From Eledone cirrhosa (taxonomy: Eukaryota), in assembly GCA_964016885.1 (NCBI GenBank), contig OZ024740.1, positions 271,250,001 through 271,314,000 on the forward strand: a stretch of DNA of 64,000 nt, given 5' to 3'. Position 1 is the first letter of the stretch, and each line of letters starts with the position of its first letter. Shown piece after piece: positions 35,396-47,700 of the stretch. Position numbers and translations under genes: made by a program. The notes beneath the pieces were generated by a model that saw nothing but the letters and a program-made list of their open reading frames with translations, was not told the DNA's origin and did no database searches.

Positions 35396-35798
35396 CGGTG
35401 GATTGGTTGGCAGTATCGATAGAGCGCCGAACAACTTGCTTTGTGATGTTAGCGTTGCCTTTCATACTTACGGTGTCGAGAACGTAAAGTACTAGTAAGG
35501 CTCTGGGGTCGATTTAATCGGTTTTCAACGTCCTTCCAAATTGCTGGCCTTGTGCTAAATATAGAAACAATATAATAATGGCGGTGTATTGGCAGTATCG
35601 GTAGAGGGTCGGACACCATGCTTTACAGCATAGAGTTACGGTCCTTTATGATCTGAGTTCAAATCCCGCCGAGGTTAACTTTGCCTCGCATCCTTACGGG
35701 ATCGATAAAATAAAGTACCAGTCACGCACTGGGGTCGTTTTAATCGACTTTCCCCTCCCCCAAAATTGCTGGCCTTGTGCCTATATAAAAAACCATTA
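35396..35798 (+). mobile_element. Two head-to-tail SINE copies
   Basis: 35396-35578 (internally deleted) and 35580-35798 (A box TGGCAGTATCGG, B box GAGTTCAAATCC). Confidence 0.85.
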
Positions 35799-36197
35799 AT
35801 TTATTCTTTCCTCATTTCTTTTGTTTTTCTTTCTTCCTAAACCATCTTATAATCATCCATTGACTTATTCTTGTCCTCTTTCTTCTTTCTATTTTTTGCA
35901 TTCATTCATTTATTCTTGCTTTTTTCATTCTTTTCTAAACATCTACACATTCATTCACACCTCTTTTTTCTTTTTTCTTCCTTTCTCTACTTTCTTATAT
36001 TCAATAATTTATTCCTTTATCCTTGTTCTCTTCCATTTTTCATTCGTTCTAAATATTTTTGTATTCTGTCATTCTTTCGTGCTTTTTTCCCTTCTTCCTA
36101 AACACTTTCATTCACTCTTACCTTATTTCCCTTTATTTCTCTGCCTAAACTATCTTATATTCATTCATTTATTATTATTTCTATTGTTCTTCTTTCT

Positions 36198-36228
<31 letters not shown>

Positions 36229-36336
36229 CTTATTTCTAAATATTCTTATGTCATTTTTTTCCTTCATGCATCCTTGTTTTGTTTCATTTTTCTTTCTAAA
36301 ATTTCTTGTATTCACTCGTTCATTCAATCTTGCCTT

Positions 36337-36722
36337 TTCTTCTTCTTCTTCTTCTTCTTCTTCTTCTTCTTCTTCTTCTTCTTCTTCTTCTTCGCCCACT
36401 TATTCCTGAGAGGGTCATAGGGGTAGAGTCTTCAAACACTTCTTCCAGTGGATCCTGTCAGACGCAGTCGTCTCCAATTTATCCGGCTGAATCCCCAAGC
36501 GAGATAAGGCGAGTTCATGGATGTTATCCAACCATCTTGCTCGAGGTCTATGGCTGCCGTTTTTGTCCGTAAAATCTGTCCAGCGATTCTTTCCTGAGAC
36601 ATTCTAACCACATGCCCGTAGTATCGGAGTTGTGATCTCTCAATTCGGAGAAGTAACGGCTCTACCTGGAGTAACTCTCTGATCTCCAAGCTACGTACTC
36701 TATCGAGTAACGTTACTCCTAG
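36337..36722 (-). mobile_element. RTE-clade LINE 3' fragment with (GAA)n tail
   Basis: Minus strand VTLLDRVRSLEIRELLQVEPLLLRIERSQLRYYGHVVRMSQERIAGQIL, an RTE/Expander-type C-terminus, followed by (GAA)n (plus strand (TTC)n 36337-36393). Confidence 0.8.
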
Positions 36723-37000
36723 GAGTTTGTATTCACGACTGTATTCTTTCAGTCATTACCAAAGCTGCAATGTTTATATACATTCAATCCTTCATTCAGT
36801 CGCCTATATCTTTTTTCATTTTTTTCCTTCTTTCTAAACTTATTATTTCCTCCAGTCAGTTTGTCAGTCTATCATAAATTCTGGCTTTGTTTTCTTTTTC
36901 TTTCTTTTTAAACCTTCTTGTACTAATTCCTTCAATCTGCCTTTTTTATAGTTCAACTTAAAAATTATACAAATTTTATGAGTAAAATCTAAATTTTCAA

Positions 37001-37003
<3 letters not shown>

Positions 37004-37033
<30 letters not shown>

Positions 37034-37432
37034 CTTCTTCTTCTTCTTCTTCTTCTTCTTCTTCTTCTTCTTCTTCTTCTTCTTCTTCTTCTTCTTCTTC
37101 TTCTTCTTCTTCTTCTTCTTCTTCTTCTTCTCCCACTTCTTCTTTTGCCACTTATTCCTGAGAAGGTCGTGGGGGAAAAGTCCTCAAATACACCTTCCAG
37201 CGGGTCCTGTCAGAAGCAACCATCTCCAACAGGTCCGGCTGGATCCCCAAGTGTGACCAGCCAAGCTCATGGATGTAATCCAGCCATCTTGCTCGGGGTC
37301 AATCCCTGGGTTTCTTGCCGGTTGGTTTTACCCGTAAAATCTGTCCAGTGATTCTTTCCTGAGACATTCTAACCACAATCCCATAGTATCGGAGTTGTGA
37401 TCTCTCAATTTGCAGATTGACCTGGAGTACTT
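37004..37432 (-). mobile_element. Second RTE 3' fragment with long (GAA)n tail
   Basis: 37145-37432 is homologous to 36393-36680; (TTC)n at 37004-37142. Confidence 0.8.
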
Positions 37433-37832
37433 CTCTAAATAATAATTTAATATATAGTCAAACTATTTTATTTTTTTACTAATCTTTCTTCTATCAATCC
37501 ACTCATTCATTTGTTTTTACCTCGTTTGTTTTATCTTTCTATCTTTCTTTCTAAACTTTCTTCTATTAATTAATTTATAATTGTTTTCCTTGATTTGTTT
37601 ATGTTTTATTTTTTTATTTCCTAATATTTCTCCTTCAATTTTCCTTCATTTTTCTTTTGTCTCCTTTCGCCTGCGCTTTTTCTTTTATTCTTTTATTGCC
37701 AATATCGGTCATTTTTTTTCATTCATTCTATAATTTATTCATTTATTAAGACGAAAGAAAGTAAAAGAATTGGCATGTTTTTTGTTTGTTTGTTTTTTTT
37801 TGTTTGTTTTTTTTTTTGTTTTTTTTTGTTTG

Positions 37833-37873
<41 letters not shown>

Positions 37874-38065
37874 CTTCCATTCTTTTGCAATTTTTCTTCA
37901 TTCTTCATTATCAATTATTGTATTTTTATTTTCGTTCTGTCCTACCTTATATTTTTCTTTTCTTCAATCTCTCTTTCTACATCGTTCTTCCACTGATTTA
38001 TATTCCTTGCCTTTTTCATTCGTTCTCCTTTTCATATATTATCTTTCATAATTTTTTTATCATTA

Positions 38066-40550
38066 TTACGGTCTGAGTTCAAATCCCGCCGAGATTAACT
38101 TTGCCTTTCATCCTTACGGGATCGATAAAATAAAGTACCAGTAATGTACTGGGATAATTGCTGGCCTTGTGCCAAAAGTAGAAACAATTGTTATTGTTAT
38201 TTCGGCCCTTGTGGCCAATAAATGAAATCATTATTATTTTTTTTTTTTTTTTTTTTTTTTTAATGGCGGTGGATTGGCAGTATCGGTAGAGGGTATAACG
38301 CCATGCTTTGCAGCACAGTTACGTCCCTTTACGGACTGAGTTCAAATCCCGCCGAGGTTAGCTTTGCTTTTCATCCTTACGGGGTCGATAAAATAAAGTA
38401 CCAGTAATGTACTGGATAATTGCTGGCCTTGTGCCAAAAGTAGAAACAATTATTATTATTTTTTTTAATTGTTTCAATTTTCATTTTTATTGTTTATATA
38501 TATTTATATATATATATATATGTTTCTATGTCTTTTTCTTTTTCTTTTCTTATATAAATAATAAAAATCTTTCCACGCACAAAAGCCACATCGTACCGTC
38601 CTGTACCGTCCTGTGTCGTCTGTAATGTTTTTCTTGACGTCAGCCCTTGTGGCCAATAAAGAAATCATTATTATTATTATTATTATTATTGGATTGGCAG
38701 TATCAGTAGAGGATCGGACGCCATGCTTTGACGTATAGAGTTACGGCCCTTGCCATTCTGAGTTCAAATCCCGCCGAGGTTAACTTTGCCTTTCATCCTT
38801 ACGGGGCCGATAAAATAAAGTACCAGTAATGCACTGGGTATGTGCTGGCCTTGTGCCTAAAGTAGAAACAATTATTATTGTTATTATTATTATTGTTAGG
38901 GCGGTGGATTGGCAGAATCGGTAGAATGCTGGATAACATGCTTTGCAGCATAGAGTTACGGCCCTTTATGATCTGAGTTCAAATCCAGCCGAGGTTAACT
39001 TTGCCTTTCATCCTTACGGGGTCGATAAATAAAGTACCTAAAGTAGAAACAATTATTTCTTCTTTCCTTCAATATTCAATCACTTTTTTCTTTTTTATTC
39101 ATTCAGATTTCCTTCCTTTATCTTTTTTTTTCTTATTCTATCTTTTCTTTATTTTATGTTTTCCTTCTTTATTTTCCTTCTTTCTTTTGATATTTATTAA
39201 TTTCGTTCATTCTTTCTTCCCATTTTTAACATTATATGTTCCATTTCATATTTTTTTGTGGGGGGGGGGGCATTTTCCTCTCTTTCTTTTTTTTTTTTTC
39301 ATTAATAATTATTACTATTATTCATTGGCAGTATCGGTAGAGGGTCGGACGCCAATCTTTCCAGCATAGTTACGTCCCTTTACGGTCTGAGTTCAAATCC
39401 CGCCGAGGTTAACTTTGCCTTTCATCCTTACGGGGTCTATAAAATAAAGTACCAGTAATACACTGGGATAATTGCTGGCCTTGTGCCAAAAGTAGAAATA
39501 ATTATTATTTATTATTGTTTATTAATATTCATTATTGTTGTTGGCGGTATCGGTAGAGGGTCGGACACCATGCTTTGAAGCATAGAGTTACCTCCCTTTA
39601 TGATCTGAGTTCAAATCCCGCCGAGGTTAACTTTGCCTTTCATCCTTACGGGGTCGATAAAATAAAGTACCAGTAATGTACTGAGATAATTGCTGGCCTT
39701 GTGCCAAAAGTAGAAACAATTATTGTTTTATTATTCATTAGTTTATTATTATTCATTATTCTTTATTATTATTCATTATTATTTATTTCCTTACGGGGTC
39801 GATAAAATAAAGTACCAGTAATGCACTGGGTAATTGCTGGCCTTGTGCCTAAAGTAGAAACAATTATTTATTATCGGTGAATTGGCAGTATCGGTAGAGT
39901 CGGACGCCATGCTTTCCAGCATAGTTACGTCCCTTTAGGGTCTGAGTTCAAATCCCGCCGAGGTTTACTTTACCTTTCATCCTTACGGGGTCGATGAAAT
40001 AAAGTACCAGTAATGCACTGGGAAATTGCTGGCCTTGTGCCTAAAGTAGAAACAATTATTTATTATTAGTTATTATTTATTATTATTCATTATTGTTTAT
40101 TATTATTCATTATTATTTATTATTTCATCCTTACGGGGTCGATAAAATAAAGTACCAGTAATGAACTGGGATAATTGCTGGCCTTGTGTCAAAAGTAGAA
40201 ACAATTATTTAATAGTATTATTATCATTTATTATCATTCATTATTATTTATTCATTATTATTTAATATTATTATTTATTATTATTCAAAATTATTATTCA
40301 TTATTATTTAATATTATTATTTATTATTTATTATTATTCATTATTGTTTATTATTATTCATTATTATTTGGCAGTATCGGTAGAGGGTTGGACTCCATGC
40401 TTTCTAGAATAGTTACGTCTTTTTACAGTCTGAGTTCAAATCCACGCTGAGGTTAACTTTGCCTTTCATCTTTACGGGGTCGATAAAATAAAGTACCAGT
40501 AATGTACTGGGTAATTGCTGGCCTTGTGCCTAAAGTAGAAACAATTATTT
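38066..40550 (+). mobile_element. Cluster of about 10 same-orientation SINE copies (full and 5'-truncated, short form) in (ATT)n-rich DNA
   Basis: Copies begin near 38066, 38264, 38689, 38899, 39325, 39541, 39787, 39875, 40124 and 40368; they end ...AAAGTAGAAA(C/T)AATT followed by ATT-rich sequence. Confidence 0.88.
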
Positions 40551-41989
40551 ATTCATTATTATTCCTTATTATTTATTATTATTTATTATTATACATTATT
40601 ATTTATTCATTATTATTCAATATTATTTATCATTATTTTTTATTATTATTATTTATTATTATTCATCAGTATTTATTATTATTCATTATTATTTTTTATT
40701 GTTCATCATTATTTATTCATTATTGTTTCATATTACTTATTCATTATTTAATATTATTCATTATTGTTTATTATTTTTTGTTATTATTATTTATAATTAT
40801 TTATTCATCATTTTCACTATTATTTATTCTTTAATATTTTCATTTATTATTTCATTCTTTCTTTCATTCATTAATTCTTTTTCTTATTAATTCATTCCTC
40901 CATTCATTTTTCATTCATTCATTTATTCTTTCTTCCATTCATTCATTCTTATTTCCATTCATTCTTTCATTCTTTCTTCCATTCATTCATTCTTTCATTC
41001 ATCAATTCATTCATTATTTGGTCATTCATTCTTTTTCTATGCTCCCTTCTTTCATTAGTTCCTTTGTTGTTTTCTTATTTCTTTTTTTAATTACATTTTA
41101 CTTTCATGTTTTTCCTTCATTTTTTTTTCATATTTCTTTCCATCATTCTTCTCTTTCGTTTGTTTTCTTCTTTGTTTTGTTTTGTTCTTTTTTCTTGTTC
41201 TTGTTCTTTATTTACCTTTAAACTTTCACTCTTTCAGTCTTCAATTTTTCAGTTTTCCTAGTTTTATCTTGTTTCCCAACCCAGTGGAACCGAGACTATG
41301 GACTATGGCTTTCAACTTCTCTGAAGTTCTGCCGCAAAATACGGTAAAAGAGGGGAAACGCTACAAGCATCCAATTTCAGAATCCGAATAAAGGGTCTCC
41401 AGATTAGCTAGCTATCACCACAGCATCTACAAGAGAAAAAAACAACCGACGGTAGTGATCCTCGTCAATCTATGGTGGGTCTATTCGGGGTAAACAATAA
41501 ACCGAAGCCGGGAGTAGACTTTAATGCCTATCTCGACAGAAGACAGGAGATGGTTGGAAAACTTGATAATAGCAACTGTAATACAGATAGCGTTAAGCAG
41601 CTGTATGAGAGGTGAATGGCAGGGTTTGGATGCCTTACCCTTACGAGCTTTATTCATACATTCCAGATTTGTTTGACGATGTCATGGCAGATGGCAACTA
41701 CAACTGGAATGGCTCTTCCAGCGTATCTCCCTTTACCATCCTCCAGGGAAACGCCTTCTCCATTCTGTTCGCCGGGGCTGTGGAGCGGCCAGCGTGTGGG
41801 ACCCCATTTACTCACCATACAGAGAGATAGGGAGGGTGAGGGAGATGGGGGCGATGACGGTGGGAGTTCGGCTCTTCCGTGTTCGGACACATTGCACCTG
41901 TCAAAACGGTTTTTATTTCCATCTGAATTTTATTTCCATTTGATTTATTTTTATTACTATTGTTATTGCTCTTGTTTGCCTCACTGCAG

Positions 41990-42800
41990 CAGAACAAGAT
42001 AATTCCCAGCTATGTGACCTGGGGAATAAGAAAGATATTAACAAGGGAAACGTCATTGATAATTCCCGGCTAATAACTCTATTGAATTCAGAGTTAACGA
42101 TGTTAGCAAATAAATTGGTGGTTGTCGTCGTCGATGGTTTGGTTGGGAAAGCACAGAGAAATGTTATATTGAACAAATCTAACCTCGACAACCTTCACCT
42201 CGTGCGAAATATCTTGAGATGATGGTAGGTTACAAATCTGGCTTTAGTTTGGATCAATCGAAAGCTTTCGATGAAGGTCGATCATCAATACCTGACAACT
42301 GTCTGCAGAGCAACCATTTTTGGCCCCGTTTGCAAAGACAGTGTTCGCATCGGTGTTCGGCAGTATATGTTCGGTTTTTAGACTAAACAGCCACCACTTA
42401 GAACCATTTCAAGCCGTGCGCACTGTCTGTTAAATGTATTCTTCCTCATTCCTTTTGTATATACTAGTCATTACTGCTAGAAACTAGACGTAATTGATTC
42501 GCAATCCGTTTAAACCGAAAAGCGGGAGAACAGTGTCGGCATATGCGGACACGATGGAAGTTGATGTGGTCGGCACAGTTCTTAAGGAATATTAGGTGGT
42601 GACAGGAGTAAAGACTAACCCGGATATGTCTGTGAGCCTGCAACTCGGCACCTAGAGAATCGAGACGATGCTGTTAGATAGCATCGAAGGGTGCTAGACA
42701 AATGAAACGGTTGAACTGCTTGAGGTCTAGATGAGTCATGACGTCCAGTTGGATAGAAACTGGGACTTGGTTACAAGCAGTCTAATCCATAATTGAACCG
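41990..42800 (+). pseudogene. Old, decayed Tx1-type RT fragment
   Basis: Translates to ...NKGNVIDNSRLITLLNSELTMLANKL..VDGLVGKAQ..., DQSKAFD..VDHQYL, VSAYAD, LQLGT; collinear with ORF2 of A-C, with many stops and indels. Confidence 0.8.
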
Positions 42801-43396
42801 AAAAGAAACTCTCTCTCTCTGCAGAATTGAACAGAAACAGAGAACAGATACACCACAGCCCCTCCCCCTTCCCCCGTACACACCCCGCCCCACATCCTAC
42901 CTATAATTATTTAATTCCTGAACTTCGTACTTTTCTCCAGTTTTCGTCTGATCAGATTAGAGCGTCTACTCTTCCGCTTCTTATGAAAAAGATGTGTCAG
43001 GAGTCAGGAAGACCATCTTCAATAAACACATCCTGCGTAGAGATTTCTATACTGTAAGGTGTGGTGGCACTGGAGACGTTTACGAGACAAAACCAAGCAC
43101 AGAGTAAGTAAGTTGGTAATAACAGCACAACCTGAAGTGGATGGTGTGAAATACGCCGCGACGAAAGAACGGGGCAATAGTTGCGAGAGGAGAGAAAGAT
43201 GATCGTACTATATAAGTACAATTTAACAAATATATATAATTTATCCCTGGATTTTTATTGTGTTGTTCTGTTTGATTTTATCACATTGTCTGTAACTCAT
43301 GTACAAAACCCTTTCAAAATTGAATTTATAGTTGCCGTTCTGAGATAATGGTTTAGAAACAATGAATTCCATTATAATCTGTGCGTGTATTAGTCT

Positions 43397-43635
<239 letters not shown>

Positions 43636-44176
43636 AAAGGTAAACAGAAATAACAACACAATTGGTACGTACAGTATAAGGAAGGAATATATTAGGTTAA
43701 CGCTTGAAATAGCAGGAAGAGGGCTTTAACGTTTCGGACGCTAGTCCTTCATTAGAAGAAAGAATGCGAAATAAGATAGATTGCTAGAAATAGCAGCCAT
43801 ATTTTCGCATTGTCCACCACCTTAAGAAAAGAAAGTACGAGACACTATGGCTGACAAAAAAATTAATGAGATTATCACTGCTGGAAATCATAAGATCTGC
43901 TACTGGACAACAACAATAACATCAGCAATAACAACCCCAAAGGGATGAAAGACTACATTAGCTTTGGCAGGATTTGAAATCAAGGTATAAAGGGTCAGCA
44001 GTAAACACAGTAGAAAACTTTGGTGCTTCTGTGACCTCACTACTTTTACCGAGAACAGCCTAATGGAGCAGAACTCTTACCACTAGCTAACGAAGGAACT
44101 AATAATAGCAGCCACTTCTTGAGTCATTCCTCTATCGAAAGTTAAGCATTAATTTTGCTTTTTCTAATGGCTCGAG

Positions 44177-44240
44177 CAAGCATGTCAAACATGCGGCCCG
44201 CGGGCCACATGCGGGCCTTTACAAGCACACCTGCGGCTGC
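44177..44240 (+). mobile_element. Possible hAT (Charlie-like) DNA transposon terminus
   Basis: TGTCAAACATGCGGCCCGCGGGCCACATGCGGGCC resembles subterminal GCGGCCC motifs of hAT-Charlie ends; no partner end found. Confidence 0.35.
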
Positions 44241-44744
44241 AACAAAGGTTCTTACAGCGCGAGCATGTTTTATCTTCGTAATATAAAATTTAAAAAATTA
44301 GTTGTAATGTGAGCAATTAGTTGTGTGTGGCCCTCAGACAACACATATGCTAGAGTATATACAGCTCACCACACTTATATACTCGTAGATTTCACCGCTA
44401 ACTATAGCAGTTTTGCCAACCTATTGTCGAATTAATAGTCGATTATCTGCGAAGTCACTGGTGTTCACGACACTGAGGTCATCTAATTAAACTGATGATA
44501 TCGTCGCATGAGCTACTGCTTACTATGACACAAGCGGGATTTTTATCGAGCCTTACTACTCTATATCTAACCTGTTCAGCTAGCCATATCAGAGGCAACT
44601 CGTGTCAGATGTGGCTTTTCCCCACGCAGGTTACCAGAGCAACCAAATCTTCCTCAGATCACACACTACAGTCTAAATTGAATAAAGGACACATCCAGCC
44701 GACGAGGAAACCCCTACCTGGTCACTCGAACTGATAAAACAGTA

Positions 44745-47700
44745 GGCAAATCTCCCTCAAATCACACCCCGACACTCCAGATTCCACTAGCTAACGAAGG
44801 AACTAGTAATAGCAGACAAATCTCATTCAGATCACACCCCGACACTCCAGATGCCACTAGCTAACGAAGGAACTAGTAATAACAGACAAATCTCATTCAG
44901 ATCACACCCGACACTCCAGATGCCACTAGCTAACTAAGGAACTAGTAATAACAGACAAATCTCATTCAGATCACACCCGACACTCCAGATGCCACTAGCT
45001 AACGAAGGAACTAGTAATAGCAGACAAATCTCATTCAGATCACACCTCGACACTCCAGATGCCACTAGCTAACGAAGGAACTAGTAATAGCAGACAAATC
45101 TCATTCAGATCACACACCGACACTCCAGATGCCACTAGCTAACGAAGGAACTAGTAATAGCAGACAAATCTCATTCAGATCACACCTCGACACTCCAGAT
45201 GCCACTAGCTAACGAAGGAACTAGTAATAGCAGACAAATCTCATTCAGATCACACCCAGACACTCCAGATGCCACTAGCTAACGAAGGAACTAGTAATAG
45301 CAGACAAATCTCATTCAGATCACACCTCGACACTCCAGATGCCACTAGCTAACGAAGGAACTAGTAATAGCAGACAAATCTCATTCAGATCACACCCCGA
45401 CACTCCAGATGCCACTAGCTAACGAAGGAACTAGTAATAGCAGCCAAAATCTCCCTCAGATCACACCTCGACACTCCAGATGCCACTAGCTAACGAAGGA
45501 ACTAGTAATAGCAGACAAATCTCATTCAGATCACACCCCGACACTCCAGATGCCACTAGCTAACGAAGGAACTAGTAATAGCAGACAAATCTCATTCAGA
45601 TCACACCCCGACACTCCAGATGCCACTAGCTAACGAAGGAACTAGTAATAGCAGCCAAAATCTCCCTCAGATCACACCTCGACACTCCAGATGCCACTAG
45701 CTAACGAAGGAACTAGTAATAGCAGACAAATCTCATTCAGATCACACCCCGACACTCCAGATGCCACTAGCTAACGAAGGAACTAGTAATAGCAGACAAA
45801 TCTCATTCAGATCACATCCCGACACTCCAGATGCCACTAGCTAACGAAGGAACTAGTAATAGCAGACAAATCTCATTCAGATCACACCTCGACACTCCAG
45901 ATGCCACTAGCTAACGAAGGAACTAGTAATAGCAGACAAATCTCCCTCAAATCACACCCCGACACTCCAGATTCCACTAGCTAACGAAGGAACTAGTAAT
46001 AGCAGACAAATCTCATTCAGATCACACCTCGACACTCCAGATACCACTAGCTAACGAAGGAACTAGTAATAGCAGACAAATCTCATTCAGATCACACCCC
46101 GACACTCCAGATGCCACTAGCTAACGAAGGAACTAGTAATAGCAGCCAAAATCTCCCTCAGATCACACCTCGACACTCCAGATGCCACTAGCTAACGAAG
46201 GAACTAGTAATAGCAGACAAATCTCATTCAGATCACACCCCGACACTCCAGATGCCACTAGCTAACGAAGGAACTAGTAATAGCAGACAAATCTCATTCA
46301 GATCACACCCCGACACTCCAGATGCCACTAGCTAACGAAGGAACTAGTAATAGCAGACAAATCACATTCAGATCACATCCCGACACTCCAGATGCCACTA
46401 GCTAACGAAGGAACTAGTAATATCAGACAAATCTCATTCAGATCACACCTCGACACTCCAGATGCCACTAGCTAACGAAGGAACTAGTAATAGCAGACAA
46501 ATCTCCCTCAAATCACACCCCGACACTCCAGATTCCACTAGCTAACGAAGGAACTAGTAATAACAGACAAATCTCATTCAGATCACACCCGACACTCCAG
46601 ATGCCACTAGCTAACGAAGGAACTAGTAATAACAGACAAATCTCATTCAGATCACACCCGACACTCCAGATGCCACTAGCTAACGAAGGAACTAGTAATA
46701 GCAGACAAATCTCATTCAGATCACACCTCGACACTCCAGATGCCACTAGCTAACGAAGGAACTAGTAATAGCAGACAAATCTCATTCAGATCACACACCG
46801 ACACTCCAGATGCCACTAGCTAACGAAGGAACTAGTAATAGCAGACAAATCTCATTCAGATCACACCTCGACACTCCAGATGCCACTAGCTAATGAAGGA
46901 ACTAGTAATAGCAGACAAATCTCATTCAGATCTCACCCCGACACTCCAGATGCCACTAGCTAACGAAGGAACTAGTAATAGCAGACAAATCTCATTCAGA
47001 TAACACCTCGACACTCCAGATGCCACTAGCTAACGAAGGAACTAGTAATAGCAGACAAATCTCATTCAGATCACACCCCGACACTCCAGATGCCACTAGC
47101 TAACGAAGGAACTAGTAATAGCAGCCAAAATCTCCCTCAGATCACACCTCGACACTCCAGATGCCACTAGCTAACGAAGGAACTAGTAATAGCAGACAAA
47201 TCTCATTCAGATCACACCCCGACACTCCAGATGCCACTAGCTAACGAAGGAACTAGTAATAGCAGACAAATCTCATGCAGATCACACCCCGACATTCCAG
47301 ATGCCACTAGCTAACGAAGGAACTAGTAATAGCAGCCAAAATCTCCCTCAGATCACACCTCGACACTCCAGATGCCACTAGCTAACGAAGGAACTAGTAA
47401 TAGCAGACAAATCTCATTCAGATCACACCCCGACACTCCAGATGCCACTAGCTAACGAAGGAACTAGTAATAGCAGACAAATCTCATTCAGATCACATCC
47501 CGACACTCCAGATGCCACTAGCTAACGAAGGAACTAGTAATAGCAGACAAATCTCATTCAGATCACACCTCGACACTCCAGATGCCACTAGCTAACGAAG
47601 GAACTAGTAATAGCAGACAAATCTCATTCAGATCACACCTCGACACTCCAGATGCCACTAGCTAACGAAGGAACTAGTAATAGCAGACAAATCTCATTCA

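Noticed and set aside
35580-35670. tRNA genes
   Set aside because: A/B-box-like motifs are SINE heads; no cloverleaf could be folded and they continue into the SINE core.
44771-44840. Hammerhead ribozyme in the satellite monomer (CTAACGA resembles CUGANGA)
   Set aside because: Core G is missing and no stem II-GAAA-stem III-UH arrangement can be formed.
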